From an uncultured Planctomycetota bacterium (GTDB lineage: Bacteria > Planctomycetota > Planctomycetia > Isosphaerales > Isosphaeraceae), in contig CAWJTV010000011.1 in NCBI GenBank assembly GCA_963845755.1, forward strand, positions 320,001-384,000: 64,000 nt of DNA. Reading direction: 5' to 3'. The notes under the pieces are model-generated. The model worked only from the letters and a program-made list of their open reading frames with translations. It was not told where the DNA came from and did no database searches. This document shows, one piece after another, positions 51,571 to 62,041 of this stretch (the first letter of the stretch is position 1; every line of letters begins with the position of its first letter). Made by a program: the position numbers and the translations under genes.

Positions 51571-53059
51571 CAATACCGTTTAAGGAAGCATAACCACTGT
51601 CTCTGCAAAGGTTTTCTTCAAGGGCGGAATGTGTCGATGTTTGGATCGTTTCTTTTTCCACTTGGACATTTTACGCTTGATCACTCGCGGATTGATCCGG
51701 TTCCTCCGCATTTCGTCATCGGTGCGCTCCCCCTGCATCTCCCACAACAATCCCTGGTACCACTCCTCGAACGCCTCGGGGGTCGAGCTGTTGCATTCTG
51801 GCAACCGGCACTTGAGGATCTGGAAGCACCCCAGAAACGACAGCCGATCCGGGTCCAGCCCCACGGTCCCGGCGGCCGCAACCATCAAGGCTCGGATCAC
51901 GAAATGACCCAGCGACAGCGCATAGATCTCCTGGATCACCCCCGCCGGGGTCTCGCTTCGCATCTGTGCCGGCTTGGTCGCCCGCCGCGGATCATGATGG
52001 GTCTTTTGCTCATCATAGACCAACTCCTGTTCCCATCTCTCGTGATAAAGAATAATCAATTCTTCAGCAGGATAAAGCTCCGCGTCAAGGAGATTCGTGA
52101 TCAGCACATGAGTTTCACCGTGTCCGACTCGTTGCGGGTCGTCCAGTGTATAGCGGATCACCCGGACGACGATCCCATCCCGATCGATCTGACGGTCGTA
52201 GCAACCCCGATAAATCTTGGCCAGGTACGAGCCATCCGCCAGGTTTTGGATCGACTTGAGGATCAAGCCGCTTTTCACGCGTGCCAACAGCTGGACGCCC
52301 CGCAACATCGCCGTTTTCCAGTGGTCATAGCTGAAAAACCCGCGATCCTCCAACAGGAGCATCTCCGGAGTCAGATGGCGGAGCAAGCCGCCGACCATCG
52401 ACGGTTCGCCGTGGGCGATCGACCGGACCACGAAGGCCAGTTCGATGTGGGTCCCCAATTCGACCAGGCTCAGCTTGCGGACTTGGGGGAACGCGCCGTC
52501 GCCGCGCGGCCCGGCCGAGGGCGCGCGAAGGCCGCGGCGTTGGCCTCCGAGTCGGGGACATCGTAGACGGTCCCATCGATGCCGACCAGGCGGAACCCGC
52601 GGTAGAAGGCTCCGGGCGTATCGGGCCGGGCCAGAGGATGAACGACGTGCTCGAACAGGTGGCGGACCGGCGCGATGCCCAGGCGTTGCCGGGCCACACA
52701 CAGGCTGGATCGATGGGGACTCTCCTCGCCGACTCGGAGCCGGCGTGCATGCTTGAAGACTTGGCGGATCGGCAAGTCGGTCAACAGCCCCATGGCCAGG
52801 ACCACCCAGCAAACAATCTCGTGGGTCAGTGTGCAACGTCGTTGATTGGTTTTACCGGTGGCCGCGAGGACTTGGCGAACGGCCTCGGGCGAGATAATCT
52901 GTTCCAGTCCCGCCAAGCGATCCAAGATCCGGCCCGACCCATCGGGCGGCAGCGTGCAATGTCCGTGCGGCATGCGAGTCATGGCCTCCGTGTTGCTTGG
53001 GTCGTGAGTAAACCCAAAGTAACAGGAGGCTGTGGCTTGCGCCTATTTCAACGGTATTG
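51571..53059 (-). mobile_element. Complete IS4-family insertion sequence, 1489 bp
   Basis: TIR CAATACCGTT.AA (10 perfect, 15/19); 10-bp TSD TGTTTAGGGC at 51561-51570 and 53060-53069. Confidence 0.92.
51580..52982 (-). CDS. IS4-family transposase; frameshift near 52525
   Basis: GIDGT, EDRGF, YHERWEQELVYDEQK (YREK-type); stop codon lies inside the TIR. Confidence 0.9.
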
Positions 53060-53323
53060 TGTTTAGGGCCTGGTTCACGTCGCTCAGAGCCAGGGTAACC
53101 CGTTTCGCGATGCACGGCCGGGCCATTGCGGTCACAACCGATTTCAGGGCAAGGTGTTCTGGCGAAGCAGCTGAGGGCTTTACGCCGCCAAGTGTTAACC
53201 TGATTTGAACCAGGCCTGGTTTAGCGGGGGCTTCGCGGCGCCCTGGGAATGCGAGACACAAGGCATCGTCCCAAAACGGGGAAATGATGAGCCCTCAGGC
53301 GGGACATCCCGAGTCGGCTCGAT

Positions 53324-53403
53324 ACCAGCCCGAAAGCGCCAACGACGGTTACCGCAAATCCTTGCGGCGAAAGGGGGAACCCTCGCTGGCGCTCCGGGTT
53401 GGT
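53324..53403. repeat. REP-like palindrome, family C
   Basis: ACCAGCCCGAAAGCGCCAACGACGGT ... ACCCTCGCTGGCGCTCCGGGTTGGT. Confidence 0.65.
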
Positions 53404-53443
53404 CTGAGGACAGCACCGCTTTCCCCACATGAGCCAACTTTGA

Positions 53444-54570
53444 TCAATACGAATCCGAGCCGATCACTTCGCCGCCATTGATCGAGCCGAGCTGGACCCA
53501 GGTCATGGGACTGATCGAGTTCTTGATGAAGTGGACCGAGCCGCCGCCGAAGAGGGTATTGACCCCGCCCGGATGCCGGCTCCGGGTCCCCGAGAACGCG
53601 GCCCACTGGAGGGCCTGGTCGTTGCACCTCAAGCCTCGCGTCGGTTGACTATCGCACAGCGAGCCCGGGTTGGGTGGGCTGGAGCTGTTATGCGAGCCGT
53701 AGAGACCCGGCAGGTTGTCCGCGTTGTCGAAGGCCAGCGAACTGGGCGAGATGGACGCCCAGGGTTGGAACAGCGGGACGTAGTCCTGGTCGCCGTTGGG
53801 GGTGAACCGCGTCATGTAGGAAGCCCCGCCGGGATTGGGGGGCCCAAAGGGTGCCGCGGATGTCGTCCGGCGACTCCCTGCAAGAGCTCGGAGGCGACGT
53901 GCGTCTGGCTGGTCCCGTCCGTGAATGAGCCGATCGTGATCAGGATGGGGCCGGTGCCGCTCGTGTTGAGACCGAACGGCGACTGGAGGAACAGGTTGCG
54001 GCTGAAGGGGCTCGGCCCGAGAACGCCCTGGCCCCAATCACAGTTCCCCCAATTGATGCCATAATTCCCCTTGGTCAGCGACCAGGGGAGCGGCGGAATG
54101 GGGAACTGATTCGCCGCAACGGCCGTGAAGCTAAAGACCTGCGATTCATCGCTCGGGCACTGGAACGCGGCGATCCGGGTCGTACAGACCGTGCTGTTGA
54201 CGATGTAGCCCAGCAACGCGGGCCCTTCGACGCCGATCGCGGCATTAAAGGACGCGTAGAGCGTGGACTGCTCGAGGTAGGGGAGCATCAGGACGAACCA
54301 GGGCGTATTCTGGCAGCCACCGCCGCCGCCGGCCGCGTTGCAGGGAGGGACGCCGACTCCGAAGATCAGCCCGCTGGGCAGACAGGTGTTGGCCGACTCG
54401 TAGTTGGCGATGCCCAGGCCGAACTGCTTGAGATTGTTCGTACACTGGGCCCGCCGCGCCGCCTCCCGCGCGGCCTGGACGGCCGGCAAGAGCAAGGCGA
54501 TCAAGAGCGCGATGATCGTAATGACGACCAGGAGCTCGATCAGCGTGAAACCACGACGTCGCTGCGACAT
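53444..54570 (-). CDS. DUF1559 prepilin-type protein; frameshift(s) near 53835-53870
   Basis: [21 protein letters not shown]-terminal RSRHPGGVNTLFGGGSVHF...EVIGSDSY. Confidence 0.9.
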
Positions 54571-54632
54571 ACCTCGACCGACCTTCGGAAATCGGCTGGG
54601 GAAACTGGGGATTCTCGACGGGCGCGCGCTGA

Positions 54633-54753
54633 GAGTCTGTTCCGAAAGGCGAGCGGGGGGCGTCAGCCCCCTGTCCGGGGCCGAGAAGACAGGGGGCTGA
54701 CGCCCCCCGCTCGCCGGGAATCATCGGACAGGGGGCGGACGCCCCCCGCTCGC
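54633..54753. repeat. Relative of the 26051 MITE: one outer end plus three GCGAGCGGGGGGCGTCAGCCCCCTGTC-type arms
   Basis: GAGTCTGTTCCGAAAGGCGAGCGGGGGGCGTCAGCCCCCTGTC then two reverse arms. Confidence 0.75.
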
Positions 54754-54762
54754 CCAGGAACC

Positions 54763-56167
54763 TCATGAAGGAACATAGGTCAAGCCCCCGACCGGGAAGA
54801 CGCGAATCCGGGGCCGTGCTCCGGGAGAGGGGATCCGGGACAGGAGTAAGTCCCAATCGTCGAAGAGTTGGATCGGACCGAGGCGGGGGCCGACGCATTC
54901 CCGGAGGGGCGGGGCATACACCAGTACGGTGCGGTCGACGACCAGCTCGCGGGCCCAGCGGATCAGGAACGCCGCCGGTGAGCCGGCCGCACCGGCGGCG
55001 TGCTGGGCGATCGGGACCAGCCGGCGGATGGCCCAGCCGCCCCAGGCGCCGGTGGCGGCGATCCGCCGCAGCGTCGAGATCGGGAACGAGCGGCCGATCT
55101 CGTCGGGGTCGGTCCAGAACAGGCCCACCAGCACGCCCCCAGGCCGGCAGGCCGCTCGGTGGTGGAGCAACACCTTGAAACTCTGCATGGGATCACCGGG
55201 CCAGGGATGATTGCCCGCCACGACCACATCGGCCGGCGCCCGCACCGGTGCCTGGAACCGGCGCCGGGCCTCGTCGGCCAGGCGGTCTTGCACGCCCTCG
55301 GGATGTCCGGCGACGATGCGAAAGACCTGGCCGGGACCGCCGATCAGATGGCTGATCGACCAGCAGGGACCGAGCCGAGCCGCCGCGGCGCGGATCGCCA
55401 GGCGCATCGGGTTCTCGGACGCCGCGCCGCCCAGCAGGCCCGCGGCGTCGGTCCGGCCTTCGAGGCCCTGACGGTGCAGGGCCCCCAGCGTCGTCCGGTG
55501 GCTGGTGCCCGGGAAGATCAGCTTGTACCCGCCGCCGAATCCCGCCTGGAGATGGGGGAGCACCGAGCCGATGAGGATCCGAACGTCGGCCTCCGCGACC
55601 GGCCGGAAGACCCGCACCGGAATCCCCTGCGGTGTCCGGCCCAGATCGGCGTAGGCCGAGTGGTCGTCCACCGGCGGGCTGAAGCAGCGATAGCCGGCCG
55701 CGACCGCGTCGCCGACCCGCCGGCGCATCGCCTCGGGGCTGACCGCGTGGTGCCGGCCGACCCCGACGCTGATCGTCACATCCTCCGCCCGGACCCCCGC
55801 GGCATCCAGTCGCGACAGGACCCTCGGCAGCGCCTCGCGCACCGGCGTCCATCGCGACGGGTCGTCCACCACGATCGCCACCCGCGCAGCCGGCTCCGGC
55901 CAGTTGATCCAGCCGCGCCATGTCCACCGGCGACTCCAGCGACGCCTCCAGCTCCGACGGATAATCGGCCAGCGCACCGCCCAGCTCCGGCCAGTCCACC
56001 TCGACCTCCGCCCCGGCCAACGCGCCCGACGACGGCAGACGCAACTCCAGCGACGCGTCGACACCCCACGGCACCGCGATCGCCCCCAAATCCGCCAGCC
56101 CCTCTCCGGCCGCCGGATGGGACAGGGGTTCCAGGGATCGCTTCGACTCCGCAGGTGTCGGCGTCAT
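54763..56167 (-). CDS. LarA-like (lactate racemase domain) nickel-pincer enzyme homolog; frameshift near 55900
   Basis: IVVDDPSRWTP, GVGRHH, PHLQAGFGGGYKLIFPG, ENPMR. Confidence 0.82.
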
Positions 56168-56445
56168 GGAGCAGCTCCTCGCGAGAACCTCGGCCGGGCG
56201 CCATAGCTGGCGAATGGGTCCAAGGCTAATGCCCGATGTTCCTCTCGCCAAGCCGGATCCGGCGGAAAAGCCCGAGCAACCCTCCTCATCCATCCTTTCG
56301 GATCAGCCTTGAAAATCGAAAGGATTGGCAGCTCGAGTCAAGGATCCCGATCAGCCGGCCGATGAACCTGGAAATCCGAAGTCCGGAAAAGGGAGCGGGA
56401 GGTGCGCACTCCCGTGGGATCTTGCTCGCAGGATGTCATAAGCTG

Positions 56446-57780
56446 ATGAACCGAAAAAACCATCGATGCCGACGGTCGTTGCGGTATCAGCTCTCGGGCG
56501 AATGCCTCGAGGATCGCCGGTTGCTCAGCAGCGGGGACATGATCTCGGCACTCCAGCAGAACCCCGTGGCGCTCCAGGCCGTCCACCCCAATACCCCGGT
56601 CTTGCCGTTCGCGACGCCGACGAAGAAGGCGTCGTTCCTCGATCCCACGGTCCAGATCAAGAACGGGAACTCGGTGGTGATCAGCTTCCAGAGTTATGTC
56701 GCGCCCTACGCGATCCTCGACGGCCGAGGCGGCGCGATCAAGATCGGGGACGGCTCGGACGTGCTGGACAGCGCCTCGCTCGTGGCGAATCCGGGCCATG
56801 CGTATCGGGCGCCCGCGTTGTTGATCGGCAACAACGTCTCGATCGGCTACGGGGCGAAGGTCCTGGGCCCCAGCACGATCGGCTCCTACGCGGACACGGC
56901 CCAGCCGACCGGGATCGGCGCCCGAGCGGTCATCGACGATGCCACGATCGAGCCCGGCGCCATCGTCTCGCCGCTGGCCCGGGTCGGGCCCGGGGTGACG
57001 GTGCCGACCGGTTTCCGGGTCCTCCCCGGCAAGGACGTGACCACCGACGCCGAGGCTTCCAACCCCGCGCTCGGCATGGTGGTGAAGGTGACATCATCCG
57101 ATACTTCGACGCTCAAGCAGGTGCTCACGAATAGCCAGGGTCTGGCCGCGGGCTATACCAACCTCTACCAGGGCAGTTCCGCCACGGGGGTCAACATCGG
57201 GGCCAACCCCACGATCGGCGGCGTCGATAACGGCTATCTGCCCGGCGTCAAGGGAGCCAGTCTGTCGCCCGGCCCATCTTACATCGGCGGGACCAAGAAG
57301 GAAGGACCGGAGTTCGTCACGCCCCAGGGGTTCCTGGTCGGCAGCCTGCTTGCCAACTTCCCCGGCCGGATTGTGGGCCCGGTCGAATTCCAGGATCAGC
57401 GGGCCTGGCAGGTCGCGCATCACCTCGGCCGGGCCAATTCGATCCGCGCCGATGAGGGCCAGCCGATCAGCATCGGCTCGATCGGACACACCGGACTCCA
57501 CGTGACGATCAATTCCCCGCTCGGCGGGACGCTGACCATCGGCAAGAACTTCCGGGCCGGCACCGGCGCGGTGATCCTCGGCGGTCCGAGCGTCAAGGCT
57601 AATATCGGCGACAACGTCAGCGTCGGCGCCGGCGCGGTGCTCGACCGCACCTCGCTCGGCTCGGGCTCGACCGTCGGCAAGGGCGCCTATCTCCAGGCCT
57701 CGACCTTCCCCGCCAACACCGTCATCCCGGCGGGGGCGATTTATATTAGTAATAAGTTCATGGGTTATGTGCAGTCGTAG
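56446..57780 (+). CDS. Secreted LEPR-XLL protein with two left-handed beta-helix (gamma-CA/acetyltransferase-like) regions
   Basis: ECLEDRRLLS; hexapeptide repeats IGDGSDV, IGNNVSIGYGAKV, IGDNVSVGAGAVL. Confidence 0.8.
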   Translation: MNRKNHRCRRSLRYQLSGECLEDRRLLSSGDMISALQQNPVALQAVHPNTPVLPFATPTKKASFLDPTVQIKNGNSVVISFQSYVAPYAILDGRGGAIKIGDGSDVLDSASLVANPGHAYRAPALLIGNNVSIGYGAKVLGPSTIGSYADTAQPTGIGARAVIDDATIEPGAIVSPLARVGPGVTVPTGFRVLPGKDVTTDAEASNPALGMVVKVTSSDTSTLKQVLTNSQGLAAGYTNLYQGSSATGVNIGANPTIGGVDNGYLPGVKGASLSPGPSYIGGTKKEGPEFVTPQGFLVGSLLANFPGRIVGPVEFQDQRAWQVAHHLGRANSIRADEGQPISIGSIGHTGLHVTINSPLGGTLTIGKNFRAGTGAVILGGPSVKANIGDNVSVGAGAVLDRTSLGSGSTVGKGAYLQASTFPANTVIPAGAIYISNKFMGYVQS

Positions 57781-57969
57781 GATCGATCGGTGTGTGCGGG
57801 CCGGTCCGCTTTGACGCGCCGGGGCGGCGGGGATAAGACCGGGTACGGCTCGCGCAAGGACTTCGCGACCGGCCAGCAGACCCCAGTCTCGATCGGAGGT
57901 CAGAAACTCCGCCCGATCGCCGTCGACGACATCCTGCCCTGACCTCCGCGGGTGGAAAGCCTCTTGCCT

Positions 57970-59583
57970 TCAAGGTGATTCGCCCTCGGCCGCGACGGGC
58001 AGCTCTTCATCACGGGCGGCGATCGCCAGGGCCGCCCGCTCCGCCAGCGCGCGGATATCCGCGAACCGATCCTCGGCCGCGAGCCTCCGGACGCGTTCCA
58101 GCGCGGGTTGGGCACGCGGCCCGAGCCGCGTCAGGGTCCCCACGGCAAATCGCCGGGATTTGTCGTCCGGGTCGTCCAGGGCCTTGATCAAGGCCGCGAG
58201 CATGTCGCCCCGGAGATCGTGCAGCTCGTCGGTGGGATCCGGCGATCGGATCTGCTGATCCAGGCAGGAGAGCGCGACGTGACGCACGTGCTGCGGTTGA
58301 CCGTCCCGATCGATGAGGCCCATAACCGCCCGGGCAATGGCAGCTCGCTCCAGACGAATCCGCCTCAGGCGCTGAAGCACAGAGATGCGGACCATCGGCT
58401 CCGGGTCGTCGAGGCTCCGGAGGATCGCGTGCACTCCCGGTGGAAGCGCGGCCCGAATCGCCGGATCGGGGCTCCCCTGTGCCCAGGTGAGCAATGGCGC
58501 CGAGAGCCTCCACGCAATTCATCCGATTCCACTGATTCGGGTCCGACGTGGTCTGACACAGCGCGGGGACCGCGCGCTGGATCGCCTCGCGATATCGGGT
58601 CGGATCGTCCCGGCGGTTGCGGAGCCAGTTTATGAGTGTCCCCAGGAGAAATGCGGGACTTCGGGCGACTGCGCAGGGCCATCGCAAAGCGCCGGGACAA
58701 TCGCCGGATCGGCAAGTCCCATGCGGCCGAGGCTCTCGGCCGCGGCGCCGGCAACGTCACCATGCAACACCTCGATGAGCGCCGCGATGACCTCATCGTT
58801 GATCGGGATATCGAGGGTCCGCGCCGCGACAAAGCGGACGTTTCTCTCGGCATCGTGCAGGGCGTCGAGCCGGGCGCGGACCGACGCGGGGTCGTCCGGA
58901 GCGATGGCGCGCAGGCTCGTGAGGATGGACTGACGTGTCTGGTCCGGCGTCGCCTCGGTCGGGCCCAGCGCCCGGATGAAGATCGGGACGGCTTCCCTGG
59001 CGCCGGCCCCGAGCTGGCCGAGCGATGCGAATGCCTGGTTGCTAACCCGGGGATCGCGCGCGTCCAGCGCCACGGCGGCCAGCGCGGCGGTTGCGCTCGT
59101 CGCACCGGGACCGATCGAGCCCAGCGCCCGCACCGCGTCGAACCGGACTTCATCGTCAGGATCCTGGAAGGCCGCGATCAGCGCGGGCACCGCCGCCGAG
59201 GATCGGATCACGCCCAGCGAGTCGACCGCCTCTCGCCGCAGCCGGATTGAGGGATCCTTGGTCACTGGGACCAACCCCGGGACCGCCGGTGCCGCCGCAG
59301 TCCCTCGACAGCCCAGTGCGAAGATGACCATCCAGCGGACGTCCTCATCCGGATCGTTCAACGCATCGATCAGCGCGGGGATGGCCAGCTCCGCCGCGGT
59401 CTCATTCATCCCCAGCACGCGGGCCGCCTGGCATCGCTCCGGAACGTTCCCGCTCCGGAGCCGGCGCACGGCCTCCGTGGCCGGGTCGGCCTGCTGCCGC
59501 TTCACGACCCCGAAGAAGACGCCCCAGATCGCCACCAGGACCATCAGCATCAGCGTGTTGGTGCGCAGCCATCTTCGTCTCAT
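57970..59583 (-). CDS. Membrane-anchored HEAT-repeat protein; frameshifts near 58660 and 58500
   Basis: N-terminal TM; repeated AIPALIDAL.DPD..VR motifs across three frames. Confidence 0.85.
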
Positions 59584-59659
59584 GGCGATCCGCCTCACTC
59601 ACGCGAAGTCAGGGGAGCAGCGCCTCGCAGGGATCATTTCACCGTCGCACCGCGCCGGA

Positions 59660-60370
59660 TCAGGACTCGGGAATCTCGAACCAATCCCCCGGCCGGAGAA
59701 TCACCGGCTGCGCCGACGTCTCGGCCTTGACGCGCGCGGCCCAGGCATCGGCGTCCTGCACGATGGGGGGAAATGTGTTGTAGTGGATCGGCAACACGAA
59801 CCGGGGCTTGAGCAGCTTGACCGCGCGGATGGCATCGTCGGGCCCCATCGTGTAGTAATCGCCGATGGGCAGGATCGCCAGATCGAGCCCGTCCTCGCCG
59901 ATCAGCGCCATGTCGCCGAACAGGGCGGTATCCGCCGCGTCGTAGACCTTGGTCCCATCGGGGAACGTGAGGACGAATCCGCAGGGATTGCCGCCGTTGC
60001 TGCCGTCGGGGAGCATGGAGCCGTGGAAGGCGAGCGTCAGCTTGACCCGCACGGCCTTGTCGAACAGGAAGCTGCCGCCGTGCTGGAGGCCCTCGACCTT
60101 GGCACTATCCAGTCCCTGGGCGGACTGCTGGAGCCACAGGCTGATCTCGTAGTTGGCCGCGACCGTCGCGCCCGTGCGTTTCGCGATCGATACCGCATCG
60201 CCGACATGGTCGCCATGGCCGTGCGAGATCAGGATCAGGTCGGCCGGCACCTCGCCGGCCGCGACCGCCGCCTGGGGATTGCCCGTCAGGAACGGGTCGA
60301 TCAAGACCATTCGGCCGTCGTTCTCCAGCAGCAGGGCGGCATGCCCCAGCCATTGTACGCGAGTGGACAT
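59660..60370 (-). CDS. Metallo-beta-lactamase-fold hydrolase (UPF0173-like)
   Basis: WLGHA, IDPF, SHGHGDH, ADT, LPIG..YTM, PIHYNTF. Confidence 0.92.
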   Translation of the reverse strand: MSTRVQWLGHAALLLENDGRMVLIDPFLTGNPQAAVAAGEVPADLILISHGHGDHVGDAVSIAKRTGATVAANYEISLWLQQSAQGLDSAKVEGLQHGGSFLFDKAVRVKLTLAFHGSMLPDGSNGGNPCGFVLTFPDGTKVYDAADTALFGDMALIGEDGLDLAILPIGDYYTMGPDDAIRAVKLLKPRFVLPIHYNTFPPIVQDADAWAARVKAETSAQPVILRPGDWFEIPES

Positions 60371-60639
60371 GATGATCTCTCATTCCCGGAGGAAACGGCG
60401 GGTCAAGACGCCTGCGCCACGATCCTCCCTCGTGGCGGGTCCCGTCTTCTGCATCATCCACCACACAACGCCCGATAACAATCCATCAGCGATCGCGGAC
60501 CGCGGCGCGAGCGGGTTCCTCTCGCCGCTCGACTCTCCTTGACGTTTGGACCGAATCTCGAAAAGATCGGGGAATCCGCCGGGAGCGGATCGGCGCCGAG
60601 TCGATCCGCCCGCGATGACTCATCCGCACGGAAGGCGTC

Positions 60640-61572
60640 ATGAACCCACCGACCGAGACCGGGAAAGGTTGTCCGGGCCATCCCGTCGAGGACTCGCCCC
60701 GGGCCGAGGCCGACGCGGAATCGGGATCCTCGTCCTGCCCGCGATGCCGGGCCCTGGAGGCGCGCATCGCCCTGCTCGAGGCCGAGGCCGCCGCGCGGGA
60801 AGGCGCGCGCACGGCCCCGGGCGCCTCGCCCGGCGCGGACCATCCGGCCGGGTCCGCGATCGCCCCCGGTCCCCTGGAATTCAAGGCACTCCGGCTGATC
60901 CCCTACGGCTGGGGACAGGGATGGGGGCTGCGTCCCTCGCCGGTGCGCCGGCTCTGGATGGACGATCTCCCTTACTCGTATCAATGCCTCCCCCTGGTCA
61001 TCGCCAACCAGTGGGGCTGGCAGGTCCTCTGCCCGACCGACGTGCAAGTCACCTGGGACGGCACGCCGGGCCTCGACGGCGTGCGCGTCGAGGTCGACGA
61101 GTCCTACCGACCCGCGATCAAGAGCCAGTTCGGCGCGGGGATCGTGACCTTCTCACCGCCCTGGCTGTTCCGCACCAGTCCCGGCTGGGACCTCTACCTC
61201 AAAGGGCCCAGCAACCGATGGAAACCCAACTGTGTCCCGCTGGAGGGCATCATTGAAACATGGTGGCTCAATTATACGTTCACATTAAACTGGAAGCTCG
61301 TCCAGCCCGGGACCGTCACCTTCGCCAAGGGTGAGAGCCTCGGCCAGTTGATCCCCGTCCCCCACGCCACGTTCGAGGACGCCACTGCCCTCGAAGCTCC
61401 CATCGGCATGCTCGAGCCCGACTCGGTCCCGGAGCTCCTCGAGTGGCTGGAGCGCCGCCGGCAGCTCGCCGGCCAGAAGGTCAGAGTCCACCACCTCTAT
61501 CGCAAGGCCGAAGGCATCGAGGACCATGTCCATCGGGTCGGCGTGCCGGCGATCAAGATGATCTTTCCCTGA
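60640..61572 (+). CDS. DUF6065-family protein
   Basis: R.WMD...YQCLPLVIANQWGW, FGAGIVTF, GPSN..K...PLEGIIETWW..YTFTLNWK. Confidence 0.78.
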   Translation: MNPPTETGKGCPGHPVEDSPRAEADAESGSSSCPRCRALEARIALLEAEAAAREGARTAPGASPGADHPAGSAIAPGPLEFKALRLIPYGWGQGWGLRPSPVRRLWMDDLPYSYQCLPLVIANQWGWQVLCPTDVQVTWDGTPGLDGVRVEVDESYRPAIKSQFGAGIVTFSPPWLFRTSPGWDLYLKGPSNRWKPNCVPLEGIIETWWLNYTFTLNWKLVQPGTVTFAKGESLGQLIPVPHATFEDATALEAPIGMLEPDSVPELLEWLERRRQLAGQKVRVHHLYRKAEGIEDHVHRVGVPAIKMIFP

Positions 61573-62041
61573 CTCCGCGGGCGTCTTACAAGGTGTTCCG
61601 CAGAATGGCCCGGGGATCTCCGGTCCAGAGTTCCCGCCGACTGCCCCCTTCGACCCGACCACGCGGCGATCCATCATATCGAAGAAATGTCAGCGGCCTA
61701 TCGCATAACCGCATTTTGGGATCGCACTCGAAGATGGGGTAAATGGTTCCTTGTGGGAAGCCGCTTCCGTATAATTGGCCGGGGTAGTTTCTGTCCGGCT
61801 TGGCTGACTTTGCCGGCCCGTGGCCGGCTTCGACATCCGAGCGATCGTCTCGTCGCGCAGCTTTTTCCGGCGCTCGTCCCTTGGAGCGGTTAACGCTGGC
61901 GGGGCCGACGGTCGGGGGACAGAGCCCCTCTTCCATCAGGACTCCCGACTAACCCGACGCCTTCTTGTAGGAGCCGGCTCGGTCCGGCGATCTTCAGCTC
62001 GACGCGTGGTCGCGTGAACCATTCAGAACGAGGAACCGATG

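Noticed and set aside
52470..52836. Programmed frameshift in the IS4 transposase
   Set aside because: IS4 transposases are normally single ORFs, no slippery A-run is visible, and the break matches the window-wide indel noise
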